Positions 1 through 13,950 of a stretch of 64,000 nt of DNA are shown piece by piece (position 1 is the stretch's first letter; every line of letters starts with the position of its first letter). This DNA is from Felis catus. Lineage: Eukaryota. The stretch covers positions 75,394,001 through 75,458,000 of the forward strand of contig NC_058368.1 of NCBI RefSeq assembly GCF_018350175.1. The letters are read 5' to 3'. The notes beneath the pieces are model-generated. The model worked only from the letters and a program-made list of their open reading frames with translations. It was not told the origin of the DNA and made no database searches. Both the position numbers and the translations under genes were made by a program.

Positions 1-804
1 TTGGAAAGTAAAACAGCAGTAATGCTGTTCTTTCTGTTCCAAACGCATTATGCCAGAGTCTGGTGAGCGAAAAGGCTGAAAAAAAAAATCATGCTATAGA
101 TTAGAATATAATTCACCATGCATGAGTGCCCATTCAAATTAGCATCTTTAATTGGTTCCACAAGTTGGATGTGCATATAGCCTCATTTTTTTGTTGGTTG
201 ATTTGTTTATATCCAATTTGTGGTGTTGAGGTGAAACTTGTTGACTATTCAGAGGAACAAAGCACTGTTTTAGGTGGAACAGATCTGAATGGAGTTTTCT
301 CTATAAGGGAGGGAGCAGAGTGAAATAAGATTATTAAACTGCTTGGCTGCATAACTTTCCCTAAAGCTGTGCTTCCAGGCATTTTTCCATTGCCCACCGG
401 TGTGCTTCTAGTACCCCACATATAGGATAGTTATGTGGAGAGTCGCTCTATCTGCCTGTATGCCAGTATAAATACCTAGGACTCTTTTTCACTTTTAAAA
501 TCCTCCTGAGTTAGGAAACAAATTATATGGCCACCGTACTCGAATAATACAGTTTGATTGCAGTTTACTTTACGTTGTGACTTCATACCTCCTATATATC
601 TCATTTCAGGCAATTATCATTTTTTGTCCACATTTTTTAGCCAAATATTTTATATTAGTATGCAGATATTATTCATGTAGATAATATCCTATACGAACTA
701 CACTTTTCCCTCACTCATTGGTATATTTGTACAAGTAATCAGAAATAGAACCTCTTGGTATTGTGTTGGGAGAAATCATTAACCGTGGATGTCTAGAGAG
801 TCAG

Positions 805-1055
805 AAAAGGATTTATAGAGAAAGTGAGGTTTGAGCTGGGTGTTGAGTAATGGTAGCTCACAGACGACGTTTCTGTTGACCTTTTAATCTTAGAGAACTG
901 ACAAAATCAGAAAAGTCTTAGCTAGACTCTGAGCACGGAGATGTGAGTAAAGCTTTACCTTCTTTATTTTTGTATTCCCAGGGCCAACGCACTTCCTAGC
1001 ATACAGTTAGTTTACAGTAAACACTGGTAGCTTGAATAAATCGATAAATAAATGG
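805..1055. mobile_element. Ancient L2 LINE 3' fragments
   Basis: Degenerate L2 3'-end motifs (gaggtttgagctggg; tgtattcccagggccaacgcacttcctagcatacagttag...tgaataaatcgataaataaatg). Recognised by eye. Confidence 0.5.
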
Positions 1056-1780
1056 GTCGGGAAAGGCCATAGAAATGATGCTAGGCCTCCTTTAGGTCTC
1101 CAAATTCTACCTTCCTTTTTTAAAATTGCACCTATTAATCAGTACATACTGGGATCTGGGATTAGGTAATCATTTCAAATGGATCCTGGAACCCTTTTAC
1201 AATATCAAGTCTGATCCGTGTTTGTGTTTGCCGTATATATATTCAGGGAAATATTTTTGATCACCCTAGCATTTTCATGTATAATGCCGAATCCCCTGGA
1301 GTATTCAGAGAAACAACAAAGTACTAGGAATTTATAATCTAATGCAAGAGATAAGACACTCCATTTAGAGGCAGACAGACTCTTGAGAAGCAAGAAACAT
1401 TTCTGTGTTGCATGAGTGGTGCAGTGAATATAATACTACATATTTTTTCGGAAAAGAAAGATCACTGAGCAGGGACTCTAAGAAGGAAAAAAAAAATAGA
1501 GTCATCCCGAAAAGGATAGACTTGAAGGAAACAAAGAGGCGGAATATTATTTTGTTACTTTAAGCAAAAGGAAAGGGCATTGTTCATAAGTGACAGAGAT
1601 GATCTGAAGATCAGATTAATCCTTTTGGATAACAGCTTCCTTTAGGATATTCAGGGTGCCTTCCATAGTCCAATGCTGAATATTAAAGAGAAGTAATAAA
1701 CGAATGAGCATATAGTCTTCCGAGGTGATTGGTTTAAAGAACAAAATATATTCTCTGTTAGACGTTCCAACGTTGTTATT

Positions 1781-2004
1781 TATTTATTATTTATTTTTTT
1801 AACGTTCATTTATTATAGAGAGAGAGACACACAGAGCATGAGCAGGGGAGGAGTAGAGAGAGGGGGAGACACAGAATCTGAAGCAGGCTCCAGGTTCCAA
1901 GCCTTCAGCACAGAGTCCTATGCGGGGGCTTGGACTCACAAACCACAAGATCACGACCTGAGCCGAAGTGGGTGGCCCAACCAACGGAGCCACTCAGGCG
2001 CCCC
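1781..2004 (-). mobile_element. CanSINE (SINEC_Fc family)
   Basis: Reverse-complement tRNA-derived head ending caggcgcccc, (GA)n tract and T-rich tail. TSD ccaacgttgttat (1767) / ccaacgttattat (2005). Confidence 0.97.
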
Positions 2005-3447
2005 CCAACGTTATTATGTAATAAATTATCATTGCTATTATAAGTGATCACGTTAGTTATTAAAAAAGAATGAGTAAACATGGTTCTTTATCATGGATTC
2101 AGAAGCAGATAGGAAAGTAAAGACTATATGCACAGGAGGTATTAATTTTAACGTCTCTCTATAATAAGCTTTACTAAAATTATAACCCTCTTTATACTCT
2201 ACCTCTCATGGCCTCATGTAAGCCTACAATAAATGCTTATTCGGCGAATCAATGAATGAATTTTTGAAATAGAGTAATTCAGGCTTTCTAGCTCATTTTA
2301 TGAACTAGCACACCAGAGGGCTCTCCAGACATGTTTTAATCAGCAGGGTTCTTTGATGTAATTTAGTTCTATTATAATTAGAGACATCATGTAAAAATAT
2401 AAACTAAGAAAAAGGTAATCCTTACAACAAAAATAATTATCTCAGAAACAATTCATAGTAGTTCTTCTATTTCATTTCATACTTCAAATTTCACCTGAGT
2501 AAGTATATCTATATATTTAGAATGTGCAGAGTTATTATCTGCTTAATGTAAACTTATCTACCACTTAAAAACACCCCAGTCTCTCCCAAATCCACTTTGG
2601 TACCTATATTTTGAAGTCACAACTTTATAGAAATCTTGTTTTTCTGGGGGTGATTCTTTGAAATTACAAGAAAAATTATTTTTTTTGGTCAAAGATTGCA
2701 ACTGAATACCCAGGTATGTTTTCATAAACCTTCATTGTTAACATTTTTTTTATTTTTGGAGGGGGGAGTCACATTCAGAAAAAAAGTGAACAGCCTTTTG
2801 TTCTCTTAGGCTATGCATTTAAATTCCTTTTAAAATGAAAGTTTAGATTTGCATTTGAATAAAATTGTGATCCTTCCTGTTTTGTGTAATTCTATATATA
2901 GGCATCATAAGGCAGATGTAAGAAGTGCTTTTTCCTTTTCAATAAAAAAAAAGCTTGTTTGAAGAAATGTCTTGTCCAGGACCCCCCTGGCAGTTACTTG
3001 ACCTTACCCTGATTCCATCACTCTATCTATTTAAGTAGGGGTGCTGAGTCTCAAAGAAGCGTTTCAGTGTTTTCATTCATGTAAGTGTTGACACTTGTAT
3101 TCAGATTTCTATTTTTAACTTTGTAAGCCATTTTGTAGTTCAGAGATAACATAGCTCTGAGCCCTGTTTTGCTTGTTTGCATTCAATGTTTCTCATACCG
3201 AAGGTCAGGAACTCTAGCCATGGGGTCATTGAGGATCTCCGAAGGGGTTCAAAGAAACTGTTGATAAAGAATGAGGCATAGGTAATTAGTACTGCCATTT
3301 CCTTGCAAAGAGCCATATGTCAAAATTACCCATACTTACCAGTTAGCCCCCATCTATGGATGTCACCATTTCTTGTAAGCTTTTCTCACCCACAAATGAC
3401 TCATTCTTTCATTTTTCCCCAACTCTTCTAACAAGGATCATGAATCT

Positions 3448-3472
3448 GAGATAGATAGATAGATAGATAGAT
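3448..3472. repeat. (GATA)n microsatellite
   Basis: Direct read of agatagatagatag... Confidence 0.95.
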
Positions 3473-5263
3473 GGCATCTTCCACTGAAACTCACGTCTGG
3501 TATTGAAAAGCAAAACGTTCACTGTTATGAAAGAGTGAAACATGAAACAAGTTTACTAACAACTATTTACCCAACATATAGGTGTATATATATACCTATT
3601 TGTTCTGTATTTGGGGAGTATTGGAATTAGATCACATGAAGAAGCATTTAAAACAAACAATCTCATGAAATACAACTTTTGGAGTCCCTCAACTTTACAT
3701 AGATTGCATTACTTAGGTTTTAAAAGTGACAGAGGTCTTACTTACCAATTATGGTCCAATTACATTTTATTTATCTTAATACACTATAATTCTTAAGATG
3801 AACTGTATAAATTTGATACAGAATTGTTTCTGATAATCATTTTTCTAACACTTCTATTTCTTCATAAAATGACAATAAATCTTTAAACAAATTATCATTT
3901 TCATTACTTAGAAAAAATCCACTTTCACTTAAAAGAACGTGAATTAAGACAATAGGCAAGAATGGTTTAAAATTTAAATCAAATTAAATTAACATCAAGG
4001 AAAACCTGAGGACTAAGAGACTCAATACAGACATGGAAGGCAGTTTTGTCTTTTTTTTAACAGTCATGGAACAGAAAGAATAAAAATCATGTTTCCAAAA
4101 TTTAACTAGTAAAGGAAGCTGAATAATCTCCAAATATGGCCAATGTAGCCCAAATTCAAGATCATAAAATCAAGGTGAGATAAATATGGCAGAAATTTAT
4201 AGCAATATAATTTCACTGACATGCCAAATAGACATTTGAACAACAGCCTTGAACCATTTAACAATGTGACAATAAAGTGTATTTGCAGTTTATATTCAGA
4301 TCAAGGGAAATATATTAAACCCTTAGAATTATAAGAAAAGGAATAACACTGGTAATTAGATCCACGCTGGCCAGTACAGGATCACGAGAAATTGTTAACA
4401 CTTCCCTTTCAATATAATGGTGCATTTTAATACCTAATTACCTCTATTTGGCTATGCTAACATACAGTGTATAATAATGTGTAAGTTATTGTCCATGAAA
4501 AAACAATCAGCTTTCAGTTAACTCTCCAAATCAACCTACGTTTTATAGACGTTCGGTAATGGATTGACTCTCTAGATGAAATATTTAACAAACTCTATAT
4601 CCATTAGATTAAAACCTTTTTTAAAGCATGTGTCTCAAGCTTATAACCGTTGATATTTTCTTGGTCGATGATATTGGCAAATCACAGTGAAATTTAAATC
4701 TTACGGAAAAAAGAAGAAAAATGCTGAAATAAGTTTTATGATGAAAATAGTTGGCTATATAGCTGGAGTAAAAGGAAACATAAATAATGGGAGATCTTTG
4801 GAAACCGCAGATGAATGCCATCAAAATGAATACCACAAAAGTAGATAATATTATGCGGAACAAGAAAGCTCAAGGGTGAAAAGACAATTGGTCTTTATAT
4901 TTGGAAAGGACAATCTTGCCTCTTTCAAGAGATTGTGTAAAGGAGTTTCACTTGAAAATTAGCTTTTAAAATACTTAGAGTGTTTGTGTCAGATTTCTAT
5001 TGCTTTGATGAGAACATGTGAAATATCTCTAGAGAACTACAGGGAACCAGGGTTTTGAGAAGTCAATGACCAATTCTCTCACTGGCTGATAATAAAACAA
5101 TCCTAGACAGATTCATCAGGTTATGACCTGGAGTTAATTATCCGTTTTCACATACTATAAAGATGCCTTCTGCGCTTGGCTTTCCTACGTCCCACACACG
5201 CCACAGTTCAGATCAGATAAATCCATGGGTTCTCTCTATGCAAATAGGCATCTCCTCCCAAAG

Positions 5264-5265
<2 letters not shown>

Positions 5266-5311
<46 letters not shown>

Positions 5312-5318
5312 TTTTTTT
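5266..5318. repeat. (CA)n(TA)n(T)n compound microsatellite
   Basis: Direct read. Confidence 0.97.
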
Positions 5319-6769
5319 AATTTTGGTTTTAATGGCAGTTTTTCTCCTTGATGATACCTCATGATACCTGGAAATCAAGTTTCTGAAATGGTTTTCAAAA
5401 TTCTGTCAGAACGCACTAAAGCACAATTACTTGCAATCCCCTAGAAATTTACATTGTTACGCTCAAGATGAATGCCAGGCCAGCATTGTGGATACGTGGA
5501 TATCTAAGCTGTAGTCATATATGTAAACAATAACATATTTAGTGATTTAAGCTTTATACCCTCTCTCCTCTGTATTTGTCTAAGACAGCATATCTTGTTA
5601 GCTGGTAATTTTATAGAAATCACTACTCTATACTAAATTCATATCCATAAATAGTGGAGTACCTCATTTGTTCAGGTACTCAGTAATAATGTTAAGCTTT
5701 GTATTATTATTTTGTCATATTTTTAGCCATGAGCGTAAGAAATTGATATTCTCAATTTATGACCTGCCATCATCAGTTCTAGGGCCTTTTTTTTAATTTT
5801 GCTAAATATTTTTCATCTGTCATTCTCAGTCATATTCTTGACCTCTCTGTGGCATACATTTTAGTGTATTTAATAAATTTCATTCCAACACAACACGTAT
5901 ATTTTCCTGTAGTTCTATGATTTATTTGTTAATAAATTTATATTCTGTGTATTTGTGTTTGAAATGTATTTAAAATATTTTGCTGTGTGTCTCATTACAC
6001 TTCTTTCTGTTATGTCATTTTTATGCGTTGGAGAGGTACTTGGGTTTACATAATTTGTTTCTTTCTTGCTGTTAGAAATCATATCTTACAGTCTTTTTAT
6101 GTTTTTACTTTTATCAAAATTATGTAATTCTAAGAGCTTAAAATTTGAACTTGTTTACAAGATCTCTTAACAGACAACCAACGGCCTCCCTTTTCAGGAC
6201 ACTTACGATGACTTTGGTCAAGTCCTTGGTCTTAACCTCCAAATTTCTGCATTGCACACTTCACATTCCTCTTTATCATTCCTCAAGTTCAGGTTCAATT
6301 ACTTGCTAAACTGATGACTTAGCTTCCTTTCTTTCAGCCCCATAGCACCCTTACATGTGAAAAATACATCTTACTCGATCATTATTCATACTCTTATGTC
6401 TGCTCTTCAGAGTTAATCTGCAGATTGGATCAGGAGTGCTTATCCCTTCTGCGATTTTTTTGTTTTCAATGCAAATCTTTTTTTTTTTCCCTTTCTTATA
6501 GATCTCTTCGTGTTTATCAGTCCTTCAGCCCAATTCTCCTCGCAAGATCATCCTTTGCATTAAATAGGAGAGCTCTTAACCTACTAGAAAAAATATCTCC
6601 ACTGGCGGTGTGACATGCTCTGATCTGAAGGGACTGTCCTTACCTGACACATAAGTCCCATCCTGACAGCCCATCTCCTCCCACTCTTGGGATTGTGCCA
6701 CCTGTCCCCGACTTTGCTGTCTTCTTTGAAATGCTTCATCACTAGAATGAAGGACATCATACAGTAGAT

Positions 6770-7010
6770 TTATGAAAAGGTGAGATTATGAGGTAAATAT
6801 TTTCAATTTTTGGAGGTCTGGACATATCTTTATTCTGCCAACATACTTGACTGATTGCTCGGCTGGATATATAATTTGGGGGCTGGAAATTCTTTTCCTT
6901 CAGGACGTTTATACATGGCTTCCTTATCTTCTAGCTTTCAGAGGTGCTGTTGAAAATCCAAACGCATCTTGATTCCTGAGACTTTTATGTAAATTGTCTT
7001 TTTTTTTTCC
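6770..7010 (-). mobile_element. Ancient L1M-type ORF1-region fragment
   Basis: ggctggatatataatttggggg...tcttctagctttcagaggtgctgttgaaaatcc...ttgattcctg resembles antisense old L1 (L1ME/L1M4-like). Confidence 0.6.
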
Positions 7011-7104
7011 CTGTGGAAATACTCTCTGTGGACATGCCATTTGAGCAACAGCCTGGATAATAAGAAGGGATGAGCTAGTTCTCAAGAGGATGTGAGAGGT
7101 GGCT

Positions 7105-7815
7105 GCATTGGTTTCCTAGGGCCACCGTAACTCATCAACTCAAACTTCGTAACCCAAAACAACCAACTTTATTGTCTTACATATCAGGAAAAGACAAGTC
7201 TGAAATGAATCTTACAGGGGTGAAATCAAGGCGTTAACAGGGCTGGTGCCACCTGGAGGCTCCAGGTGAGAATCCATTCCTGGTCTCTTGAAGTTTCTGG
7301 TGGTTTCCAGCATCCTCTAATTTGTAGCCATGTCGTTCTAATGCTGCTTTCATTGGCCCATGGCCGTTTCCTCTTCTATGTCAGTCTTTCTCAACCACTT
7401 GCTGAAAGGGACCTTGTGATTGCCTTCGATTACACTGGAACCACATGATTGAGCCAGGGTGGTTTTGCTATTTTATTTTATTTTATTTTATTTTATTTTA
7501 TTATTTTATTTTATTTTAGAGAGCATGAGACAGGGAGAGGGGTAGAGGGAGAGAGAAAGAGAATCTTAAGCAGGCTCCACACTCAGTGTGGAGCCCAATG
7601 TGGGTCTTGATTTCATAACTGTGAGATCATGACCTGAGCTGAAATCAAGAGTCAGACACTTAACTGACTGAGCCACCCAGATGCTCCTGATCCTGCTACT
7701 TTAAAACCATTAATCAGATCTTCAAGGTCCTGTTTACCATGTAAACTATCAAATTCATAGTTTCTGGGGAAACAGATGGCGACCTATTTGGGGGACAGCC
7801 ATTTAGCTGACTGCG
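7105..7815 (-). mobile_element. MLT1-type (ERVL-MaLR) solo LTR, interrupted by a SINE
   Basis: Starts tgcattggtttcctagggccaccgtaac, contains gaaatcaaggcgttaacagggctgg...gtttctggtgg, ends ...tttgggggacagccatttagctgactgc. Collinear with the antisense MLT1C/D consensus as recalled. Confidence 0.85.
7470..7688 (-). mobile_element. CanSINE (older subfamily) inside the MLT1 LTR
   Basis: (TTTTA)n tail; gagatcatgacctgagctgaaatcaagagtcagacacttaactgactgagccacccag. Confidence 0.95.
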
Positions 7816-9269
7816 GTGGCCAACCAGAAAACAGAGGTAAGTAAAGCAAAGACCTTTTCTGAAGCACTGAATTCAGCTAGAATTTAATGTACCCCAGAAG
7901 GATAGAACAAGAGACTGGAGCAACAGGTTGGGGTTGAAATTCATTTAGGGATTCATGACGAGTGAATGGATGCTTTCTTGAAAGTTAACAATGAAAAAAT
8001 TATCGTTTTGGAAAACGCAGGAGATGGCTAGTTTATATCCCAAGCATTGCCCTTAACATTTAATAGTATTAGAAAGGAAGGATTCAAGGTTTTTAGGGAA
8101 CTGACAATACTCATGATTATAATAACAATGCAAGCTCCCAATTTCTTATTCCTTTCTCTGTGAGGAGCTCTGTGGGAAGCATTTTTCATGATTCCTTCAT
8201 TCAGTTTTGGCAATGTATCATTATTCTCTTCTCCACCTGCCAAGTGATATGTTACACAACTGGCCCAAGCTTATGCTTAGGTCCCAAGTCAGGGTTGGGA
8301 TTCAGACTCCATTTCTCCTGAACCGGGTTCTTTTTCTTGCGGCTCCTTCCATGTCTCAGAACTAAGATGTGGATGAAAGTGTTGGTTCCACCGGATTTGA
8401 TTCAAGAGTACAACGCGATTAATACAGAATAACCGGCTTTTTGAAGAAGAGTAAAATATAATTAGAATATACTAGTTATAAATTTCACAATGACCTCGTT
8501 CTCCCTAAGCTTGTTTCTTTGACAAAGGTCAAGTATGACCACTCGGGGTGATTTAATCTTCAAATAACGGGAATTTTTGTATGACCTCGGTCATTGTTTC
8601 CTAATGAGTGAAACTCCGTATTTAAATTCCAGAGACCAGAAGAGCTTCTGTACTTTACAATTCTGAAAGGCTCTGCCAAAATTCGTTTTGGCTGTGAAAT
8701 GCAGTTTTGCTTTATTTCCCAAGGTGCAGGTAAGGAAAACACAAAAGCAATCCTCTTTACTCCATGATTGTATGTTTCCCAATAGAAAAGACATTAGGTT
8801 CTAATTATTGTTCTTCATCTATTCAAAGCAAGTTAATTAATTTGTGGAATTTAAAATGTTATAAATTCTGGAACAATACAAAGGCATATAGCTTTGGTTA
8901 AGCTGAAAACATTGGTGGGGCGTCTGTTTCCTAAGTTTAATTTTCTGCTCTATGATAAACTGATCCTCATTTAGGGGGGTAGGAGAGCCTTTGCAGAGCC
9001 GTTCAAATAAGTTCATCTGCTTTTGGTTTGGGGCTACTATACTCTTTGCATTTCTAATTTTCCTTTGTATGTAGTTCTGTATCCAAATGGCTGGATCAGA
9101 TCACGAATCCTGACAGAGATTCCTTCACGAACATACACCAGTGTGGTTGTAGGTCTCTCTTTTTTCCACGCATCTGAATGACGGAATGTATTTCCCCCTC
9201 CGCCCCCCTGTGGTGCTGTTACCCAGACTCAGACTCCTGTCTTTATTTTTTCCTATCTTTGCCCCACAC

Positions 9270-10090
9270 ATTCTTCTGGAGACTCCACCCCCTTGTCCAT
9301 GGCTTCAACTGTCCCTTATATTCTGACATATGGTCTTAAGTAACACCTCCTTTCTGATATTCAGGGCACTAGACCTGACATCAGGCATCATTACTAGGTG
9401 GACCCTTAGGTATCTCAAATTCAAAATATTCCCAACCCAACAAGCCATTCTCTCTGCCCCACGCTCCAAACCTGTGCATTTTCCTATGTTTCCTCTCTCA
9501 GTAGATGGCATTTCCACTTACTTGGGTTTCTAAGACTCTTAGCGTTGGCCTAGAGACTCATTTTTCTCAGGGATTCTCAATGTGATTGTTCTTTACAATC
9601 TCTTAGGGATCTTTTAAATCTTACTTTAGTCAAACTCCCGAATAGAAACTCTGACTTACTGTTTCTGGGTGAGACTAGGGCATCCATATTTCCTCAAAGT
9701 TGCCCAGGCGATTAAGTTAAGAACCATTGCTCCATTTCGTCTGACCTACATCAGTCTACCACATCTACAGATGCCTGGTTCACAACGTTCTCTGGGCCTG
9801 GAGGGTATCTGGAGAACCTGAAAAGTGTACTCATGTCTGAATCCCGCCTGTTGCCCACCCAAGGCTGAGAATTGCCACCATTGGCACTCGCTCCCGTATC
9901 TGATCTCTGACAATCCTATTCTAACCCACATGTGTTGCCTTGGTTCCAACGCTTACACATGCAATTACCACCAACATGCCTCTCCAATCCTATCTTCTTC
10001 CTGCTGCCAAGGAGATTTTCGTAACTCACAGGTCTGATTGTGGTCCTCCTTGCCCTAAAACGCTCCAGGGTATCTTTTAGCATACTTAAC
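9270..10090 (+). mobile_element. L2 LINE fragments (split by a MER5 element)
   Basis: ggcttcaactgtccc...aggtatctcaaattcaaaatattcccaacccaac...tttcctatgtttcctctctcagtagatggca is typical of the L2 3' region. Confidence 0.65.
9567..9731. mobile_element. MER5-like hAT-Charlie MITE
   Basis: ttctcaa...ctctgactta...ctgggtgagactagggcatccatattt...gttaagaaccattgct termini. Confidence 0.65.
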
Positions 10091-12724
10091 GTCCCAGAAA
10101 TGTGTTTCTCATAGACCAATTTGGCCAACAAGAAAACTGATACTTACAGATCTTTAATAACTTGCCCCTGATCGTAGGAGCAGAGAATGGGAGCAGTGGG
10201 GTTTGAGCACAGGTGTCAATGACTTTAAATCCCACATTCCTTCCATAGTTGATATTGCTAATTAAACACACTATCCCCACAAAGAAAATTTACGTCTCTT
10301 GTGGCAAGAGCATTTTCAACAAAATGGGCGGCTGGTAATAACAGAAAAAGGAGAAACAATAACAAAAGTGAAACTCCAACAACTGCAGAAGGACTTAATC
10401 GCACACTTCTGTATAATTTAGGTAAGTCACGCAAATATTAAGCATAAATGACTAACAAATGGCTTATACCACCCGGAGTGATTTTCTTCAACAGCACTCC
10501 TAGTAGTGAGTTTGCTTAAGTGTTTCAACCAGACCGATTTTGCAAACGGTTCTTAGTGACGTTGAACTGAAACTGTTAAAAAAAAAAAAAAATCTAGTCA
10601 ATAAGATTAAGCAGCTCACACTTTAAGTGCACAAAAAAGCAAACAAAGGAGTCAAACATCTGTGTCTCCAGATGATGAGAATTTAGAATCCTTCTCCTGT
10701 CTGGATTGCATAATGTTTAGAGTCTCAAATGACTTCAGTATTGCTCTAAAGATTGTTATCATTATGCAGTAACCAAACTAATATACTACTTCTGAGTACA
10801 GAGCTCGGAAAAACTCTCTGAGGAAACAGAGGTTATAAGGCCCTATGTCGTATGTAATAAAATTAAGATAACGAATAATCGATCTCTGTCTATCTATCAT
10901 CTATCTCTCTCTGTCTCTAATATAATACTGTGTAATGCATTTTAAAGTATCGCCTTTGCCTTTAAACCCCCCACAGGGTATGTTTCTTCCATTTCAAACT
11001 AACAAAAGAGAGAGAGAGACAGAGAAGAGAAAGAGGGATGTAATTCTGAGTATCCCCAAATACGGCCACGGCAGCACCATAATGTGCTTTCTTCCTTGAT
11101 CTCTGGGGCTGTGAACGCTCAGAATCCACGTGGTGAACTTCCTCTGAGAGTCACCAGCACAGACCAGACCCCACTCTTGGGCCAGGGGAAGGGGCCGGTT
11201 GTCCGGACTTGACCTCAGTCTTCTGGGCTCGGTTGATTTATCCAGTGGCGTGTGCCAGACAGAAACTAGGCTGTAAAGGTCCTCCTTTTGGACTTTTTAA
11301 GGTAGATCTAAGAAAGAACATTCATTTTTCTATGCAGCCGAAGCTTTCCATTGTGAGTTTTGGGAACTGTCATTGTCAAGGACCCCACTCGCCCCCCCCC
11401 CCTTCCCCCGCCGACCCTGCCCCAGGTAGAGAAAGCCAGTCTGGTATGAAAAAGCATTCTAAAGCTCAAGTCAGAGGTGCAGAGAAAAATCTGGCAGCTT
11501 TCTGATCTCTGTATTTTATTTTGTTTGACATACAGCCAAGTGCCTTTCGTTCATAGAGTTTGGTTGTTCAACACTCCTTGGACTTAATGGGGCAGTATTC
11601 CCTCTTTATCTTTGTGAGTTTGACCCATATCTGTTTGAGACCTATGTTCGTTCCATCACCCTGCTTAGTGGTTGCCTTGAATGCTGGGCGTGATTAGTCT
11701 CTGTGGCCTAAAATCAAATTGTGTGGGCAGCAGATACAAGTAGAAGTAAGAAGCCAAAGGTTTCCTGGCAAAACCATAGATCTCTGGTGCTTTTCAAAAA
11801 TGCTGGAAACCAGATAATAGCCACGCAATCCAATGACAGCTATAGGCTAACTGAATATGGGTTCTGCCTTGGTCCTGAGACATGCACTCAGAAGCAAGAA
11901 AGCTCATGTTTTCCTGGGAGAGGATGGAGTCATGGGGCACGATGTTTCTCTCTCTTCTTTCTCTATCAAAAATTAGAAAGTGGACAGTGTGTCCCTGTTA
12001 CTTTTCGCTACAATCCCCGAGTGCTTTCCAGCTTCCCAGTTCTCTGCCTCTCACTGAAATGCCATCTCCTTCATCACAGACTCTGCTTGCCCGAAAGGTT
12101 TCATACACCCAGACCTGCTGTTCTCCCCAAAACTGTCAAGTCCCCAAGTCTCCCCATCTTCCCTCTCAACCAAAATGCTCCTTCCTTGAGACCAGTTATA
12201 CTTTTTATTAATCACCCACGTGCACACGCATTCCCAAAGCAATGGCCTTTTAACCCAAATTAAAGGACCAATAATAAGGTCAGAAGTGCCGGCAGATTTA
12301 GCCAACCTTTGTTCCTTTTTCTCTCATCAAATTCAGATATGACGTGGATGTTTTAAAAGAATGGTAAAATACAGCTTCATTAACATATCCAAATCGTTTG
12401 CCTTGACTCATCCAATCCAATGCTTAGTAGGCAACGTGTGAGAATGTAGTCTAGCAATGTCAAGGATTGGAAGAGAGAAACTGTCGCTACTTCTCCAAAA
12501 TAATTCACACTTGTACGGGATCAAGAAGTAGAAAAATCCTTCACGTAAGCGTTTTGAACAAGTGGAGTGCTGTGTGCGTGAAATTGTGCATACAAACATT
12601 TACCATCAGTGCAAACATGTTAAGCTCTTTAGCAACAGATTTAGGAAGTTAGAGTTTGCTTATACATCTGGTGACTTGTAGACTTTTAGGATAGTTCACT
12701 GATGCTACTTTTTTGCAGATGTTA

Positions 12725-13570
12725 CTTTTTTAGAGCATTTCTCTATTTCTAGCAAAATTGAACAGATGGCAGGGATTGTCCGTATATACCCTGACCTCAA
12801 GCCTGCGCATCCTCCCTCACTATACATCTCCCGGCAGAATGGCACATTTGTTACAGTTGATGAACTCACAGTAACTCACCATTATCACCCCAAATCCAGA
12901 GATTACATTGGGGTTCACACTTTCTGGTGTGCTTTCTATGGGTTTTGACAAATGTATAATGATATGACAGCATCATGACAACAGTGCACCGCCGTAAGTT
13001 CACCGCGCAAAGAATCCTCTGTGCCCCACCTACCCATCCCTCCCTCCTGTCTAACCCCTGGAAACCACTGATTTTTACTATGTCCAGTTTTTCTTTCTTA
13101 CATTTTCTAGAATGCCATATAGTTGGAATTATACAACATACGGCCTCTTCACATTGACTTCTTTCATTTAGTGATATGCATTTCAGGGTCTTCTGTGCCT
13201 TGTCATGGCTTGATAGCTCCTTTTTTCTTAGCGCTAAATAAAAGAACGATATCACGCGGGTAAGCCTCAGTTCATCCGTTCACGTATGAAAGGACATTCT
13301 GGTTGCTTCTACGTTTCGGTGTCTGTGAATAAAGCTGCTGTATTCATCCTCATGCAGCTTTTTGTGGGGACACGGATTTTCAACTCCCTTGGACACCAAG
13401 GAGTGTGATTAGTTTAGTATGTTTCGTTTTATAAAATATGGCCAAACTGTCTCCCATATTACCAGCACCATTTTGCTCTGAGTGAGAGTTCCTGTGGCTC
13501 CACATCCTTGCCTGTGTCTGGTGTTGTTACTGGCTTGGATTTGCCCACTGTGATAGGTATGAAGTGGTAA
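12725..13570 (-). mobile_element. L1MC1-like LINE-1 3' end
   Basis: Diagnostic antisense 3'UTR text: acatttgttacagttgatgaac...cattatcaccccaaatccagag...ttctatgggttttgacaaatgtataatga...gaatgccatatagttggaattatacaa. Confidence 0.9.
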
Positions 13571-13877
13571 CTGATACCATATTGAAGTAAACTGATAGAC
13601 ATTTCATTTAACAACTATTTACGGAAGGGCTATCATGGGCAACACAACGCTGACAAGTGTTAGATAAACACAAGAATCCATTTCTGCCAGTGAAAGCCTC
13701 GATCCCAGAGCGCACACTATATGGCCAGAAAAGGTCCGTATGCAACATGTTTCTGTCATTGTTAAAGAATTTTCTCTGAGCTGGAGAACGAATCTATGTG
13801 TTTCCTTGTTTGTGTTGTCTATTGAGAGCGTGGAGGTTTGGATGTGGGTGGATTTTTAGACAACGGTTTTATACACT

Positions 13878-13950
13878 GTTTTTTTTTTTTTGTTTTTTTT
13901 TTGTTTTTTTTTTTTGTTTTTTTTTTTTTTTGTTTTTTTTGCTTTTCTTT
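13878..13950. repeat. Poly(T)/(GT9-12)n low-complexity tract
   Basis: Direct read. Confidence 0.95.

Noticed and set aside
11386..11425. G/C-run tracts with G-quadruplex potential (also ~17878, ~32357, ~63647)
   Set aside because: Isolated homopolymer runs with no promoter or CpG-island context.
11721..12305. Longest ORF (180 aa) and overlapping ORFs
   Set aside because: Non-ATG start, no recognisable domain, no supporting splice structure. An ORF of this length can arise by chance in 64 kb.
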